Assembly: GCF_006345805.1 (NCBI RefSeq)
Contig: NC_043004.1
Coordinates: 101,494,001-101,558,000 of the forward strand
From: Octopus sinensis
Lineage: Eukaryota
DNA length: 64,000 nucleotides
Reading direction: 5' to 3'
Below the pieces are notes generated by a model. The model saw nothing but the letters and a program-made list of their open reading frames with translations, was not told the DNA's origin and did no database searches. The translations under genes were made by a program, and so were the position numbers. Of this stretch, positions 49,956 through 63,854 are shown piece by piece. The stretch's first letter is position 1. Every line of letters starts with the position of its first letter.

Positions 49956-52900
49956 TGAATCTTTTTTAATTGCTACTGTTGGAACTTAACAACTCCACAT
50001 CATTAAGGACACAATACTTTTACTTAATTCATCACTCACTCCCCTATAATCAAAAATTGTAAACAATCTTAATTTTTCCCAGGATGTATTGAATGCTCTG
50101 AATGGAAGTAGATATGAACTCCTCTCAGTTCTCAATGACATATTACTTGGTTGATGCTGTCCAGATATCCACAAATTATCCAGACGTCTGAAGACATCTG
50201 TTTTAAAATTGGGAATGACGGAACTTGTCAAAACCAACTAGATGTCAATATATAATTTAATTCATGCATCAATTATATTATGTGCTCTTCATTCTTTGAC
50301 ATAAAATCAGCCAAACATAAATTGAAGGATCGGACAGACAGATTGGCGAAGGCTGCTAAGCTGAAACATTCAAGTTGCCATCAACCTTTTCCTTGTAAAA
50401 ATAACACACAGATACACATGCACTCTCTTTTCTAAAATTTTCATTGATCTCCGAGACAGATGTGTTTTAAATTAAAAAGCATAAAAAACAAAAGAGCTTA
50501 CAATAACATAACAGAGTTTAACACAACAAAATATAATACCAGTTCTTGTGGAAACAAAAAACAAAATAGTTCTATTTCCATTCAAATTACAAAATGTTGA
50601 CATGTTTAGAGATTTCAAAGGGTAGAAAATGCGATAGAACAAACATTTTATTGACAAAAAAAATTAACTCTGGTACAAAACACTTTCCTACACAAACATC
50701 TGTGCTTTACATTCCAATGTAGAAGCCTGGGACTAGGTGACCATCCCCTACAAGTATGAAATCCATACTTCAGAATCCTACTCAGACTTTTCATCCTCCA
50801 TCTATAACTCATTTCTGCTCTTCAGCTTTTATTGGAAAGGCTATTTCTGCTGCCCTATCTCAATCAAAACTGAAGAGTTTGTGTAAAGAGAAAGGGCAGA
50901 TGCTATTATATGGTGTACTATTTTGGACAATCCTTGTTAATGATTAATTTCAATTGATAGGTTAATATCGTACACTCTGCCATTAAAAAAAAGATATAAA
51001 AAATTCCAAAACAAAGGCATCTTCTTTCCTCCAAAATAAAAGCATTAAATTTATTGAACCAAATTGCATGCACAACATGTAATATGAATTCAAATAATTT
51101 TTCAACTTAAAAAATAAAATTGTTTGGCTTTCCCTGAACCATTTCATAACCATTTAGCCATTTCTTAAACAGGTTTCTAACCAAGATATACCAGGTTTTG
51201 ATTATTTTCCAAAATATTCATGATTTTCAATAGAGTAACTGTATTGTTTTTTTCATTTAGTATATATTAAATTATTGTATGAAATAAAACTTCACAGAAT
51301 GTTCTTACATAGAACTAATTTGGACCATTTCCCTACTGAAATCTCATACTATCCGATTTTTAATTTGAATATGAACATTCAAGTCGAGACGGTTTCAAGT
51401 GGGTTACTAATATGGAAGGGATCAGAGGTGTGTTGGGCAGGTTTAATATCAACATGATTAATGGGACGGAAGAAAACAAATCAGATAATGTCAGATTCAT
51501 TCATGCCTCTCTCAAGGACATTACTAATTTGAATGAAGTGAAATGTCTCTAAGACAGACTCCAAACTGTGTCACAGACATGGCTTGTCAAGAGTACTTGC
51601 AAGAACAGCGTAGCATTTGCTATTTAACCCTGTTATGACCATGTATCTAATGAGTTTCCATGTGTTAGAATTCATTTTGAAAATAATAAAAAAATCCGAA
51701 GGATCTTTCATTATTAAACTGGTGTTCTAAACACAACTTGACAAAAATGACTTTGATAAAATTATCATAGAACATTTAAATTTAAATGAGGACACTTTGA
51801 AAGATGCAAATTTCGATCAAAGAATCAGAGGCAGTCTCAGATGACAATTTGTTTTAAACAGTCACAGCCAAACACATTTAAAGGAGATAAAATGAATGAA
51901 GACAAATTGAAGAACATCAGAAACAAGTTACTGGTATTAGTAACAGTAAAACATAATCAAATTTGGCGTACTTGGTCGTCCATAGAACCATTTTTGAAAA
52001 CATATTAGGATTAATAAAGTATATTAAAAAACGTAAGTAAAGAAAATTAAAGACACCTATTTTTATCACATCTATTTAGGAAGTAGGAAGTTCTGTAGGC
52101 GTGGCTGCTTATTTTACTTCACTTAGTCTCATTCCAATCTGACAGTTCAGTTTTCAGCAAAACCTGCCCCTCCCCAGACTTTTCTTTTTTTTGTGATAAA
52201 CATCAGAATCATACAATTGTAGGACATGAAGCCTAACAGAGTGAAACAAAATTTACACAATCTAAGACACTTGTGACTCTGTTTTGGCTAGGTTCGGGTT
52301 GTTCAGTGGTTGGGGAGGCTTTTTCACCCACTACTAAAACATTTCACATTAATACCACTGTGATGTTGAACATGACATATGTATAAAGAAACAAGCAATA
52401 CTCTTATCCCCACACCACATAGCCTTTCTCTTCCTGCCCCAACCCTTTTTTTTTAAAAACCATTTTACATGATTGTATTAACGTCACAGCTTGTGAGAAA
52501 GGGTTAAGAGTTCAATATCAGTTATAGTCCTACATTACCTTTCTGCCAAGGAAAGTTAACTACTGATAGTCTACATCACCTAGCAGAAAATAAGAACTAT
52601 GAGGAAAATAGGAACTATATTTCATTACTATATTACAGCTATGCCACTAACTTACCAGAGACAAAAACCAGCAATGCACTAAGTCACTCTTCTAGTTAGT
52701 TGCTTGACTAAATCAATGCCACTGTCATCATTTAACATCTGCTTTCCATGCTTGCATAGGTTAGATAGCTTGATTGGAACTGGTAACTGGCATTTGACAT
52801 GGTTTCTACAGCTGGATATCCTTCCTAATGCCAACCACTCCAAGAACATAATGGGTGCTTTTTACATGTCACCGGCATCGGTGCCAGTCACATGATACCG

Positions 52901-54987
52901 GCATTGGCCATGACTATGATTTCACTTGGTTTGATGAGTCTTCTCAAGGAATGTAGAAAACAAATTTATTTCAGCAAACATCCATTTTTAAAATGGGGAT
53001 CATTTAAAAGCCTAAATATTATGACAATATATTGCAATCATGGCTATATAAAAAGAGGATAATCATCTTTTTTTATTTAGTCGACAGCCTATTTCTCAAG
53101 AATGAAGCTGTGTGTGAATGCATATAAGTGGGTGTATTAAGCAAAAGTCACTGATATCTTCACAATTAAAAGTTAGAGAGCTTGAGATGCCTATCTCTTG
53201 AAATAGTCAGTGTAAAATAGTTTGCACTCTTACAATGCTCTAGTTTTGCTTCTAGTTGCCTAAACCTGGAGGACACTTAAAGGCCAAGATCTAGTTCTAC
53301 TTCTATGTCATGAAGTAGGTGAGAGAAAAACTTTTCTCTGGAGAAGATGCTAGACTATCACAGTTAACAATCTTATATGACCTTAAGGATATTCTTAACA
53401 TCTGGGTAAAGTGAAGTAATGTAAGATAGTGTTTTGCCCAGAACCCCAATGAAATTCCAGCAATAAGTTTGAACTCACAACTTGTGAACAGACAATCTAT
53501 ACACCCTATCCACGTAAGTCATCTCACCTCACAACACAACTGTATTAAATGTAATACTAAAAGAAACTTTGTTTACTTGATTAATAGTTATCTAGGAAAG
53601 TTGCATAATTATGTTAATAAGAAACAATAGCACTTCAGCTGAGCTGAGATCCACTGTGCATACGTGACCTGTAAACCATCTGAATTTTATAAACCTGGCA
53701 TTATAAAGTTTTTGAGTCACAACTTTTATTCTTTCATTTGTTTCAGTCATTTGACTGTGGCCATACTGGAGCACTGCCTTTTTAGTCAAACAAATCGACC
53801 ACAGGACTTATATTTTGTAAGCCTAGTACTTATTTTATCGGTCTCTTTTGCTGAACCACTAAGTCACAGGGACGTAAACATGCCAACATCGGTTATCAAG
53901 CAATGAAGGGGGAACAAACATAGACACACAAACATATACGTATATAAGTTGGTGTTTGTTTTTAAAAATTAATTTCAAAGTAACAAGTCATATTCACAGT
54001 AAAAATGACTTGATATAGGAGCAAAGTCTAAATATTTTATCAGACAGAAATACAATGTGACTGTGACATCGAAGTTTTGCCGGAAACAGCTGTTTACCAA
54101 GCCATTGCCAGTGAAATCTGAGTCACACTTATCCCTCTATTTCTCTCTAATGAAATCCATGTGTATGTCTGTGCATATCTACACACACTCAGATTTTCTT
54201 AAATGTCAGTTGGCATTTCCCCTTTAAATCTTAATATAAAGAGGACATAGGATAATATAATACATTAGCAATAAGACCCATCGTGACTGCAGATTCAGTG
54301 TCTTGTTACTATATCCTACTAAAATGAACTGACATGGGGAGCTTCTATTCTACCGTGTAACCTGCTACAAAAAGTAGCTGCATCTCTCTGAAACTTTGTC
54401 CTGACATTTAAATATGTGCAAGGCACATAGGATAAAATAGTCTTTGGTACTCTATATCAGAAGGCAGCAGCATAGGATAGGATGGTCATAGCCAGATTGC
54501 CTTTATTCAGATTTATCTGCCATCAGGTCTAAATAAGTTATATAATTTATCTACAGTCATAGAGTAATGAGAGCTATTCATTTTTCTTTATATTATACAC
54601 ACAGTAACTATGATAACTATTCTAACACAGTTTAAATAATTCTCTTTGTTTTGTCCCATTATACAACAGCAAAACTGTAATTCCTCACTCCGCCAACCCC
54701 ATCTCATATTTAAAAAAGAAAAAAAACTGAAAATTAAGCAACAATAACCTTGAGAAAGAATGATTCACACAAAAGAGAGATAATGGGAGCCTATACTTAA
54801 AATAGTTAAATGTAACACACATTGCTATGAGTGTCACAGAACTAGTTTTATTACTTGTTTGGACAAACTATAATTCATTAGGTTAGTTTTAAATTTTACT
54901 TGCTACTTCAATAACACTTGTTTTTATAAAAAAAAATTTTTTTTTTGAAAACAGAACCGGTATTTTACAATACTTCTATTTCATCAC

Positions 54988-55384
54988 TCTCTCTTTTACT
55001 CTTTTACTCGTTTCAGTCATGTGACTGTGGCCATGCTGGAGCACCGCCTTCAGTCGATCAAATCGACTCCCAGGACTTATTCTTTGTAAGCCTAGTACTT
55101 ATTTTATCGCTCTCTTTTTGCCGAACCGCTAAGTTACGGGGATGTATACACACCAGCATTGGTTGTCAAGCGATGTTGGGGGGGGGGGGGGCAAACACAG
55201 ACACACATATATACATATATACGACGGGCTCCTTTCAGTTTCCGTCTACCAAATCCACTCACAAGGCTTTGGTCGGCCCGAGGCTATAGTAGAAGACACT
55301 TACCCAAGGTGCCCTGCAGTGGGACTGAACCCGGAACCATGTGGTTCGTAAGCAAGCTACTTACCACACAGCCACTCCTGCGCC
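54988..55384 (-). mobile_element. SINE family B, full length
   Basis: Complete reverse-complement copy. Confidence 0.88.
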
Positions 55385-56359
55385 ACTGTCCGTCTTCTAG
55401 TGTTTTTCTTTTTCTTTTTGTATATTTTGCTCTACTCTACATAAAACTCACTGAAGATATTTCATTGAAAGAGAAGATAACAGAAAAAAATGTATAAAAA
55501 TAACCAGCAAAATTAATCTCATATCTGAGACAACCACATCATCATGAACTTTCACACCTTGCAGTACTTGTGTGCCAACAAAGAAACCTTTACATGTCTC
55601 TTCAACCTGCTACATATAACAGTTATATTTCCTTAAAACAGCTCATTTTCACATACTTGGGTACAATATAATCTGTCTCCATTTTCCCTCATGTTATTGT
55701 TTTAATGAATTATGGGGTAGAGCAATTTTTGGCTTATTTTGTTCCATCAAGTAAACTAGATAGAGTTATGTATCTTGATCAGGGGCATAAAGCAATAACT
55801 CTAAGAACTGAATTTATCATGTTGCCAAGTGCCCAGCACCTTAACTGTCAGCTTTATACCTCAGTGGTCTAGTAATATATATCTTCGGTATATTTAATAG
55901 CATAAAGGATTCCACAATTATGCTTGTATAGAAAATGAGGTATTATCTATTTTTATAGTTAGAGCCAGCTACCTCACTTTAATTATACCCCAGCAAAGTG
56001 AAGATAGGCTCCCATTGATCCAGGTAAACTGAAGTAAGCAGGGGAGTATGTCCTCTACTATGGGCACAAACCAGACTGACTGAGGCACAGTATTACAGAT
56101 GAAATAAGGCAAACTGTATGATCAGGTTTATTGCACTAAGAAAAATTCTTCTTCCCTATCTGGTAGGTTTTGTTCTGATGGGATATTTAATACTGCCATG
56201 ATCCAGTCACAGTATGCCAGTACATTCAGGACCTACTTTTGAAATTCCCCAAATCATCCGTCACAAATCTAAAAGTATCAAATTTCATATCTTTTACTTA
56301 AAAAAAGATACAAAAAGTATATAAATCAATTCATTTTCCTTAAAACCCTTTACATATGC

Positions 56360-56397
<38 letters not shown>

Positions 56398-57054
56398 CTG
56401 TTCACATTCCATACCTTTGCTTGTCATTATCAGAATGAAATGGTGATATAATGTTTATATTCCTTGTTAACATTATGACCAGCTGCTCTGTGCCATTGAA
56501 GATCAATGAAATATAAAAATCCCATACTTGAAAAATAGTTAAAGGTGGGCGACAGGGAGAGCATCCAGTTGTAAAATGCTGCCTCAAATAAGCCACTGCT
56601 CAGTTCATGCTAGCATAGAGAAACTAACATTAAAGAAACAAGTGAACAAACTACATATTTCTTCTACTTCATGTTGGAAAGTCATTTGAAATATTTTCTC
56701 AACTGTGATGGAATCTTTGTTAATGTAGAAAGGTTGGAGTTGATTTGCTATCAATTTCATTATGAAATTTTATCATGCAACAGTAGTACCTGAGGTAAGC
56801 ACAAGTCAGTGAAGTTGTAGCCTCTATATGGTCATTTGATATGATAGAAATACTAGAAAAGCAGCTAAGTCACACACTACTCATCATCACCATCATCATT
56901 TAACATCCGTGTACTATGCTAGCATGGGTGGGACAGTACCACAAGAGCTGGCCAGGCCGAAGCCTGCACCAGACTTTTATGAGTGTTTTGGCAGGATTTT
57001 GACAGCTGGATGACCTTCCTAACACCAACCACTCAGTAGAGTGGAATTAGTGTT

Positions 57055-57970
57055 TTTTATGTGGCACTAGCACAGGCGAGATCAGTTTTGGCAAGGTTTT
57101 TACAGCTGGATGCTCTTCTGAACACCAACCACTTTACAATGTGACCAGGGTGCTTTTAAGTGGCACCTGCACTGACAGGGACACAAGGTTACTTGGCCGG
57201 AGAGAGAAAGATCAGGAATGAAGACAGAAACAGGTGTGCTACTGCAAAGAAAATACATGGTTGCCCAGCCTGAGGGAAGTGCAGGAGAGGGAGAGAGACA
57301 GAAAGTGGGAGACCGCAGGATGGAGATGGTGGCAAAATGCCGGGCATGCTCACAAGGAACAGGGATCTGAGTATGAATGCAATGGTTGAATAAAAGAAGA
57401 GAGAGATATAGATAGTGGCAAGTGCCAGGGCATATTCTTGAGGTTCAAATGCCATAATATAAGTGGGAGGATATTGCGAAGGGAGTGCGATTAAAGAGTG
57501 TATGTGGTGAAAGACCTGGGTATATAGTTGGATAGCAATGATACAGAGGAGCAGGGGTGTGAGGACAGGATCGAGGTGTGAGAGCTAGGCCTAGTGAATG
57601 AAGGAGGAAATATGAAAAAGAGAAGAGATGTAAATTGGTTTGTTGGGGTGGGGTGAGGGAAAAGTTTCGTTATGTGAGGGTGGAACATTAATGGTGATTC
57701 CCGATCTTTCTCTCTCCGGCCGAGTAACGTTGTACTTCCTCTTCAGTAAGACACCTATATCTGCCTAACTATAACCTTTTCATCATCATCTCCTCCAATA
57801 CCTCCTCCCTTCTTACAAGGTTTTGTCTTGCAAGCACTTGGTGACCCTGTCAGTGCAGGCGCCACTTAAAAGCACCCAGTCAACACGGTAAAGTGGTTGG
57901 TGTTCAGAAGGGCATCCAGCTGTAAAAACCTTGCCAAAACTGACCTTGCCTGTGCTTGTGCCACATAAAA
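57055..57970. repeat. Composite inverted repeat (outer arms about 133 bp, inner arms about 31 bp) around a purine-rich, possibly Penelope-derived core
   Basis: 57055-57187 is inverted at 57837-57970, and 57188-57219 is inverted at 57697-57728. Confidence 0.85.
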
Positions 57971-57982
57971 AGGACTAATTCC

Positions 57983-58212
57983 TATTTCTTTATTACCCAC
58001 AAGGGGCTAAACACAGAGGGGACAAACAAGGACAGACATAGGTATTAAGTCGATTACATCGACCCCAGTGCGTAACTGGTACTTAATTTATCGACCCCGA
58101 AAGGATGAAAGGCAAAGTCGACCTCGGCGGAATTTGAACTCACAACGTAACGTAGACGAAATACCGCTAAGCATTTCGCCCGGCGTGCTAACGTTTCTGC
58201 CAGCTCGCCACC
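57983..58212 (-). mobile_element. Young full-length SINE family C with long TSD
   Basis: taaaaaggactaattcc is duplicated at 57966-57982 and 58213-58229; CpGs are intact. Confidence 0.93.
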
Positions 58213-58389
58213 TAAAAAGGACTAATTCCACTCTGCTGAATGGTTGGTGTTAGGAAGGGCAGATGGCAATAATAAAGTGAGGCAAGGTGTGTGGCTAGAA
58301 CACTACTATTTATAAAAAGAAAAAAAAAAGGGAAAGACATCATCAAAAGTGGAGTCTTAGACAATCACCACAAAGTCCAGTCACTGTTG

Positions 58390-58678
58390 TGGTGGCTTGT
58401 GCGCCTCAATGGCTGAGAGCTATGCTAGCAGAGTGCAAGCTCCTGCCTGCTAAGGCCTCACATGCTAAACAGATCAAAGAATAGAAGACAGACTAATATG
58501 AACCAGTTTTCCTCAAAGGTAAAATGAGTTTGCATTGGGTCAACACTCCTATCTACAAAAAGGCACTTAGAGAAACATCAATGACAATTCATAACCAACA
58601 AGACCTGGGAGACAACCTAGAGCTGAGAACAGTGGAGAAACATCATTGATGACCTATGCTCCATTGGGAGTGAAGGTC
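58390..58678 (+). mobile_element. Non-autonomous bipartite RTE-derived element (copy 2)
   Basis: Collinear with 18021-18358. Confidence 0.58.
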
Positions 58679-58943
58679 ATGGTTGGAATAGCTTTGAACA
58701 TTGGAATAGCTCTGATCAATCAGAGTGGTATGTGGCTGAACAATAACCACAAAAAAATTGTTGCAATAGCAGATGTTCTAAGGTCCCGTTACCAATCTTA
58801 GTAGTTGCTTCCTATATGGTTGAAAGGTAAAAGTAACACTGGTAGGATTTGATCCTAGAAAGTAAAGAGACAACTAAATACTGCAAAACATTGAACCAGT
58901 ACTGCCATGCTTCCAGCTCTATGTCAATAACAGTTAATAAGCA

Positions 58944-59306
58944 AGGAAGCACCATCCGAATGTGGCCGATGCCAGTGCCACCCCAACTGGCTTCTGTGCC
59001 GGTGGCACATAAAAAGCACCATCCAAATGTGGCCGTTGCCAGCTGGCTTCCGTGCCGGTGGCACGTTAAAAGCTCCAACTGATCGTGGCCGATGCACGAC
59101 CCCCCTGGCACCTGTGCAGGTGGCACGTAAAAAGCACCCACTACACTCGCAGAGTGGTTGGCGTTAGGAAGGGCATCCAGCTGTAGAAACTCTGCCAGAT
59201 CAGACTGGAGCCTGGTGCAGCCCCTGGCTTCCCAGACCCCGGTCGAACCGTCCAACCCGTGCTAGCGCGGAAAACGGACGTTTAAACGATGATGATGATG
59301 ATGATG
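58944..59306 (+). mobile_element. SINE-like family A with tandem hairpin modules
   Basis: Three full modules at 58996, 59052 and 59114, then the body and (GAT)n. Confidence 0.87.
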
Positions 59307-59762
59307 ACCCTATCGACTAAGCTGTAGATCTCATTACTCAACAGTGTTTATGATATCATCCATCACCATCTTGTTTACTAAATGTCAAACAAAAATTTGT
59401 TTGATATTGATGTCATTAGGCTATTTTTGTCACGGGCTGTAAGAATTGATAGAACATTGGGAAAAAATGCCTTGTAGTATTTTCTCTGGCTCTGTGCATT
59501 CTGTGTTCAAATCCTGCCGAAGTCAAATATTAATGTAAGTTAGGTGTAAGATAAACACTTCAGAAAGACACAATTGGAAATAAAACAGAACCAGGAATTT
59601 TATATTCTTTTCTTTTAACTGGATTGGATCTCCATATCTTTGCGTTTCAACTCTCTCATAGATGATTAATATGTATGATGGCAAGAAAGTATAGTGAGTA
59701 TGGCTGAGGGGTGGAGAGAGGAGACTGAAAAGAGTGAGAGAAAAATGAAGGGTGAGGCAGAA

Positions 59763-59794
<32 letters not shown>

Positions 59795-59889
59795 TTAATT
59801 CCATCCATGACTAAGGGTTGTTGTGGGCAGTTTATGTCTGCTTAAAGGAATTTAGAACACATAACAGAAATAATATCTCAATGTCAAAT

Positions 59890-59890
59890 T

Positions 59891-59964
<74 letters not shown>

Positions 59965-59965
59965 A
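59890..59965. repeat. (GA)n microsatellite
   Basis: Seen directly; a shorter (GA)n tract lies at about 59760-59794. Confidence 0.95.
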
Positions 59966-60799
59966 GAAATTTGAATTGCGTCAAGATCTGCCAAAATAGA
60001 TTGGAGTTGATCATATAAACACATCTTTGGTGACTAAGACAGAGGTGGGAGAGGTGAGAAGACTTGATCTGATGGAACCAGAGATTAGTAGTAACAGTGG
60101 TTGGAACAGAAATAGGCTAAGAAAACTAAGTGTGGTGGTTGAAAGAATTCCAAGCATTGGTAGATAAAGGGGCTGTATCTAAACAGGACTTCAACTAATG
60201 GTTGATGTTAAGCAGCTCCAGTCAGCAAACCTCACATGATAAGCTGTCAATGCAATCCAGTGTGAGAGCCTCTATGTAAGTCACTCAACTCACCTAATAT
60301 AGTTATTTGATAAAGTCCATGTAGCAACCCAATAATTCTTCAACAAATTCCAAATGTCTTAAAAATCAAGCTCAAGTTTTAAGTTTACCATAACATATTC
60401 ACATTCTTGCTTCCTAGAACCCACGACAAATACTTTCTCACTGAAACTATATCTCTCTTTAACAGTTTCTCCTTTATCTCAGCCTTTTACCAAACATTAA
60501 TTTCCTAACTATCCAAGCAAGTTAACTACAACTATGCTATACCATGGATACCCTAATCAGCACAAATTGCTATCAAAAGGGAAAGCTGGCCAGGTCCTCT
60601 GACTCTTATCACCATTTCTTTCTGATAACAATTGTGATGACCGCATTTTTCTCAAAATACACTAGAAATGAAAGTGAAGTGACATGGTGACAATAATTTT
60701 TATCATTTAACTGTAATTAGTCAACCAGCCTAGACAATAAACTTGCTGCCACTCCCAAATTGTATTCTCTTGATTTGGCTTCTATTTCATCAAACTTGT

Positions 60800-62260
60800 C
60801 AATTTTTCTCCCTATGAAAATCCATGGTTAGTTATAGAAACATGTAACAGTGTATTGGATCCCTAAGAATAGCAACCTCATAGACCCTCCAAACCATTGG
60901 TTTATTTCTCTCAACTTCCAGTATGTTAAAGGTGATAGAAAATGATTAACTTTATATTGTCCTGAGTACCGCCTTCTAGTCAAAGACTCCTGGAAGGCTT
61001 ACCAAGTAATCAGTCAAAACGAGATAACTAAGTAACACAGCTAAACAAAAGCAAAATTATTGCTCTTGGTACAAGTAAAACCTTCAGTAAATCTAACACA
61101 AGAACATTTTAACAAAGTTGCCTGCATAGTTCCACTTGTCTGTCTTTGCATGGATTGGAAAATTCATTCTCCTGCAAGCAAAGCCATTGAAAACAAACCA
61201 TAATCTAGTCTCTTTCAACAACATTATAATTACCACTAGACATATCAAGGAAACATGCCTCCATCACTTTCTCTAGCCATAATCACAGTTAAATCCTCTA
61301 CACTCTGCCTAACTATTTGGTATCACAATCTTTATGGCATAGTCTAGAGCAGGCCTGGCCAACTTGAATTACATTGTGGGCCACTTCAAGCACAGAAAAA
61401 GGTCACTTGTATACAGACAAAATTGAAAGCATTTTGTTTTCTCATGCTATTATAACAATAATGAATGATTGTTGGTTCAACATGAAATATTATCGTTGTA
61501 AAAACAGTAGAATCTTTCTCTTTTACTTTTCACTACAATCTTTAATTTTTGATAAAATTTAAAAATGTTTTTTTAAATAAACCCATTTCAAGAATGTATC
61601 AAGCGGGCCGCAAGATAAAAGTCAGCAGGCTGCATGCGGCTGTGGGCCTCAGATTAGCCAGCCCTGGTCTAGAGCAATGTTCCCCAGCCTTTTATGTCTC
61701 ATGCCCTATTTTGATTTTCCAAAAAAGTGTGCCCTGACATGAATGGATAAATTTAGTATAGAACATATATAAATTCAAAAGACGTTCCAGCAAAAACTTT
61801 ATTGCAAGGTTTATTCTTTCATTACCAACTTATGCCCTATTCTGATGTAAACTATGCCCCACCAATTTCAGCAACACTGGACTAGACTACATCTCAAAAG
61901 CTGGGTTCATTTTTCAAGACCAGAAAATATACAGTTTCTGAACAGATGCTACATTAGAGAATTTCTTAAATATCCAGAATGGTAGAGCCAAACCACAACC
62001 AAATAAAAATTATCTGATTGCGTGGTAAACCTTCATTTACTACTACCGCAATGCTTGTCCTCTTCTCTCTTCTATTTACCGCAAAAACTTGAAAGCTGTG
62101 AACCAGACCGATTTGATGCACCTGCTCCTCTAATTCAAAACTTCATACATTTGGAATTCCTTTCCAGTTCACATCTCCCACACAAATATCAGTCTGTTCA
62201 AGATGAACATATACTGGCTCGCATTGACTTCGTTAATGTAATGGTTTACAAGAAATCAAT
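60800..62260 (+). mobile_element. Degenerate CR1/L2-type LINE ORF2 remnant, interrupted by hAT MITEs
   Basis: IPKNSNLIDPPNHWFISL (PKKGD..DPxNYRPISL-like) starts at 60859; YYRNACPLLSSIY and TSYIWNSFPVHISHTNISLFK (WNSLP...FK-like) lie near 62040-62210. Confidence 0.62.
61350..61666. mobile_element. hAT (Charlie-like) MITE
   Basis: TIRs caggcctggccaa / ttagccagccctg; perfect TSD gtctagag at 61342-61349 and 61667-61674. Confidence 0.87.
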
Positions 62261-63463
62261 AAAAGAAGTTGGAACCAATGAACAGACTGACTGCTTTTTG
62301 AAGTTACATCAGGTCTAATAAATTTCCAAGTTCCCTATACTAGTCTGCATATAATCTCTGCAATACTGAATCAATTTTCTACAGTGAATTTAGAGGAATA
62401 TTGAAATTGTAACTACTTTCTTAGCACAAAATACCAAACTGATCAAGTCACAATGACATCAAAGTTTTTGGCTCTGAGATAAAATTAACTGCAGCATGTG
62501 GGCACACAGTTATTGAGCAACTATTATCTTAATTCTTATAGAAATATAAATGCCTTAAGTTGCCAGAATTCAGTTACAAAGCAGAGCTCAAGAAATTTCT
62601 TTTTTCTGTTGTTGAAAAATAATTTATTATCCAAAATACTTAGAATATTCCAAAAGAATGGAAAATAAAACTTATGAGATACAAATAAAATGATAAAAGC
62701 AGAGACATTATCTCATAAATCAAGAAATATAAAATGAGAAAATTAAAAGAACAAGATGGAAGAATAAATAAAGTATGTTGGAAACATAATACACTTATTC
62801 ATCAGCTATTCAAAACAGATTCTGTCTTGTTTAAGAACTAAAATGGATCATTAATGTTGGGTAAGTTATGTCTTAACAACAGTAAGTTTGGAAAGAATAA
62901 AAAAAAAAGCTAAGAACAAACATTTTGGAAACAGAAATACATGTTCACATTTTTGAGTCAGCTTTACAATGTTTTGTGATTTATGACTCAGTATGTTTTT
63001 GAAATTCCATACAAGCTGTGGACGTTGCATTAGCAAAAATGGTAGTGCTTTTAGGCCCGTGTGTGTGAGTGAGTGAGAGAGAGAGAGGGATGTATGCCAT
63101 CATCTTATATTTATTTCAATCATTAGACTGTGGCCATGTTGGGGCACCAACTTGAAGTGTTTATAGTCAAACAAACTGGCCTCAGTCCTGATCTTGCACT
63201 GAGTTGACATTGTCTGTCTTACAACTTCTTTAACAGCTTTCGTTGTTGAGTAGTTCAAATCTTGATTGACCAGACACTTAGCCTTGGATGCAGCCACTAA
63301 CACAGAGGATATTGTGACATGCTGAAATGCATATAACTTTCATCAGCATTATATTGTACCTAGAACCTTTGATTCAGATTGCCAGACATAGCTAAGTGAT
63401 TATAAGCTCATCTATTACCAACGCTATTGTATCTATGGTGAAGATACACACCTCTTAATGACT

Positions 63464-63854
63464 GGGATGGATGGAAGCACTCCATCGGTTACGACGACGA
63501 GGGTTCCGGTTGATCCGAATCAACGGAACAGCCTGCTCGTGAAATTAACGTGTAAGTGGCTGAGCACTCCACAGACACGTGTACCCTTAACGTAGTTCTC
63601 GGGGATATTCAGCGTGACACAGAGAGTGACAAGGCCGGCCCTTTGAAATACAGGTACAACAGAAAAAGGAAGTAAGAGTGAGAGAAAGTTGTGGTGAAAG
63701 AGTACAGCAGGGATCACCACCATCCCCTGCCGGAGCCTCGTGGAGCTTTAGGTGTTTTCGCTCAATAAACACTCACAACGCCCAGTCTGGGAATTGAAAC
63801 CATGATCCTATGACCGCGAGTCCGCTGCCCTAACCACTGGGCCATTGCGCCTCC
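63464..63854 (-). mobile_element. Young tRNA-derived SINE family D
   Basis: Head GGAGGCGCAATGGCCCAGTGGTTAGGGCAGCGG (A box) and B-box-like GGTTTCAATTCC; flanked by cctcttaatgact at 63451-63463 and 63853-63865. Confidence 0.9.

Noticed and set aside
50035-50391. Possible minus-strand exons (EKVDGNLNVSA* at 50356-50391; open frame at about 50035-50240 ending before GTGAGT)
   Set aside because: No recognisable homology, and they would lie inside the inferred MRLC first intron; splice-like signals of this strength are common in AT-rich DNA.
57723-57746. Second hammerhead (minus strand CUGAAGA...AACGUUA)
   Set aside because: No stem II can form between CUGAAGA and AAC, and the GAAA is incomplete; at best a decayed relic.
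58947-59138. CRISPR array (repeat about 25 nt, spacers 30-40 nt)
   Set aside because: Eukaryotic context with no cas genes; the spacers here are homologous to each other (gtggccg.tgc...ctggc); it is part of a retroelement. Kept only as a module finding.
62022-62318. 98-aa plus-strand ORF
   Set aside because: The informative reading is another frame with a stop, matching a CR1/L2 LINE C-terminus.
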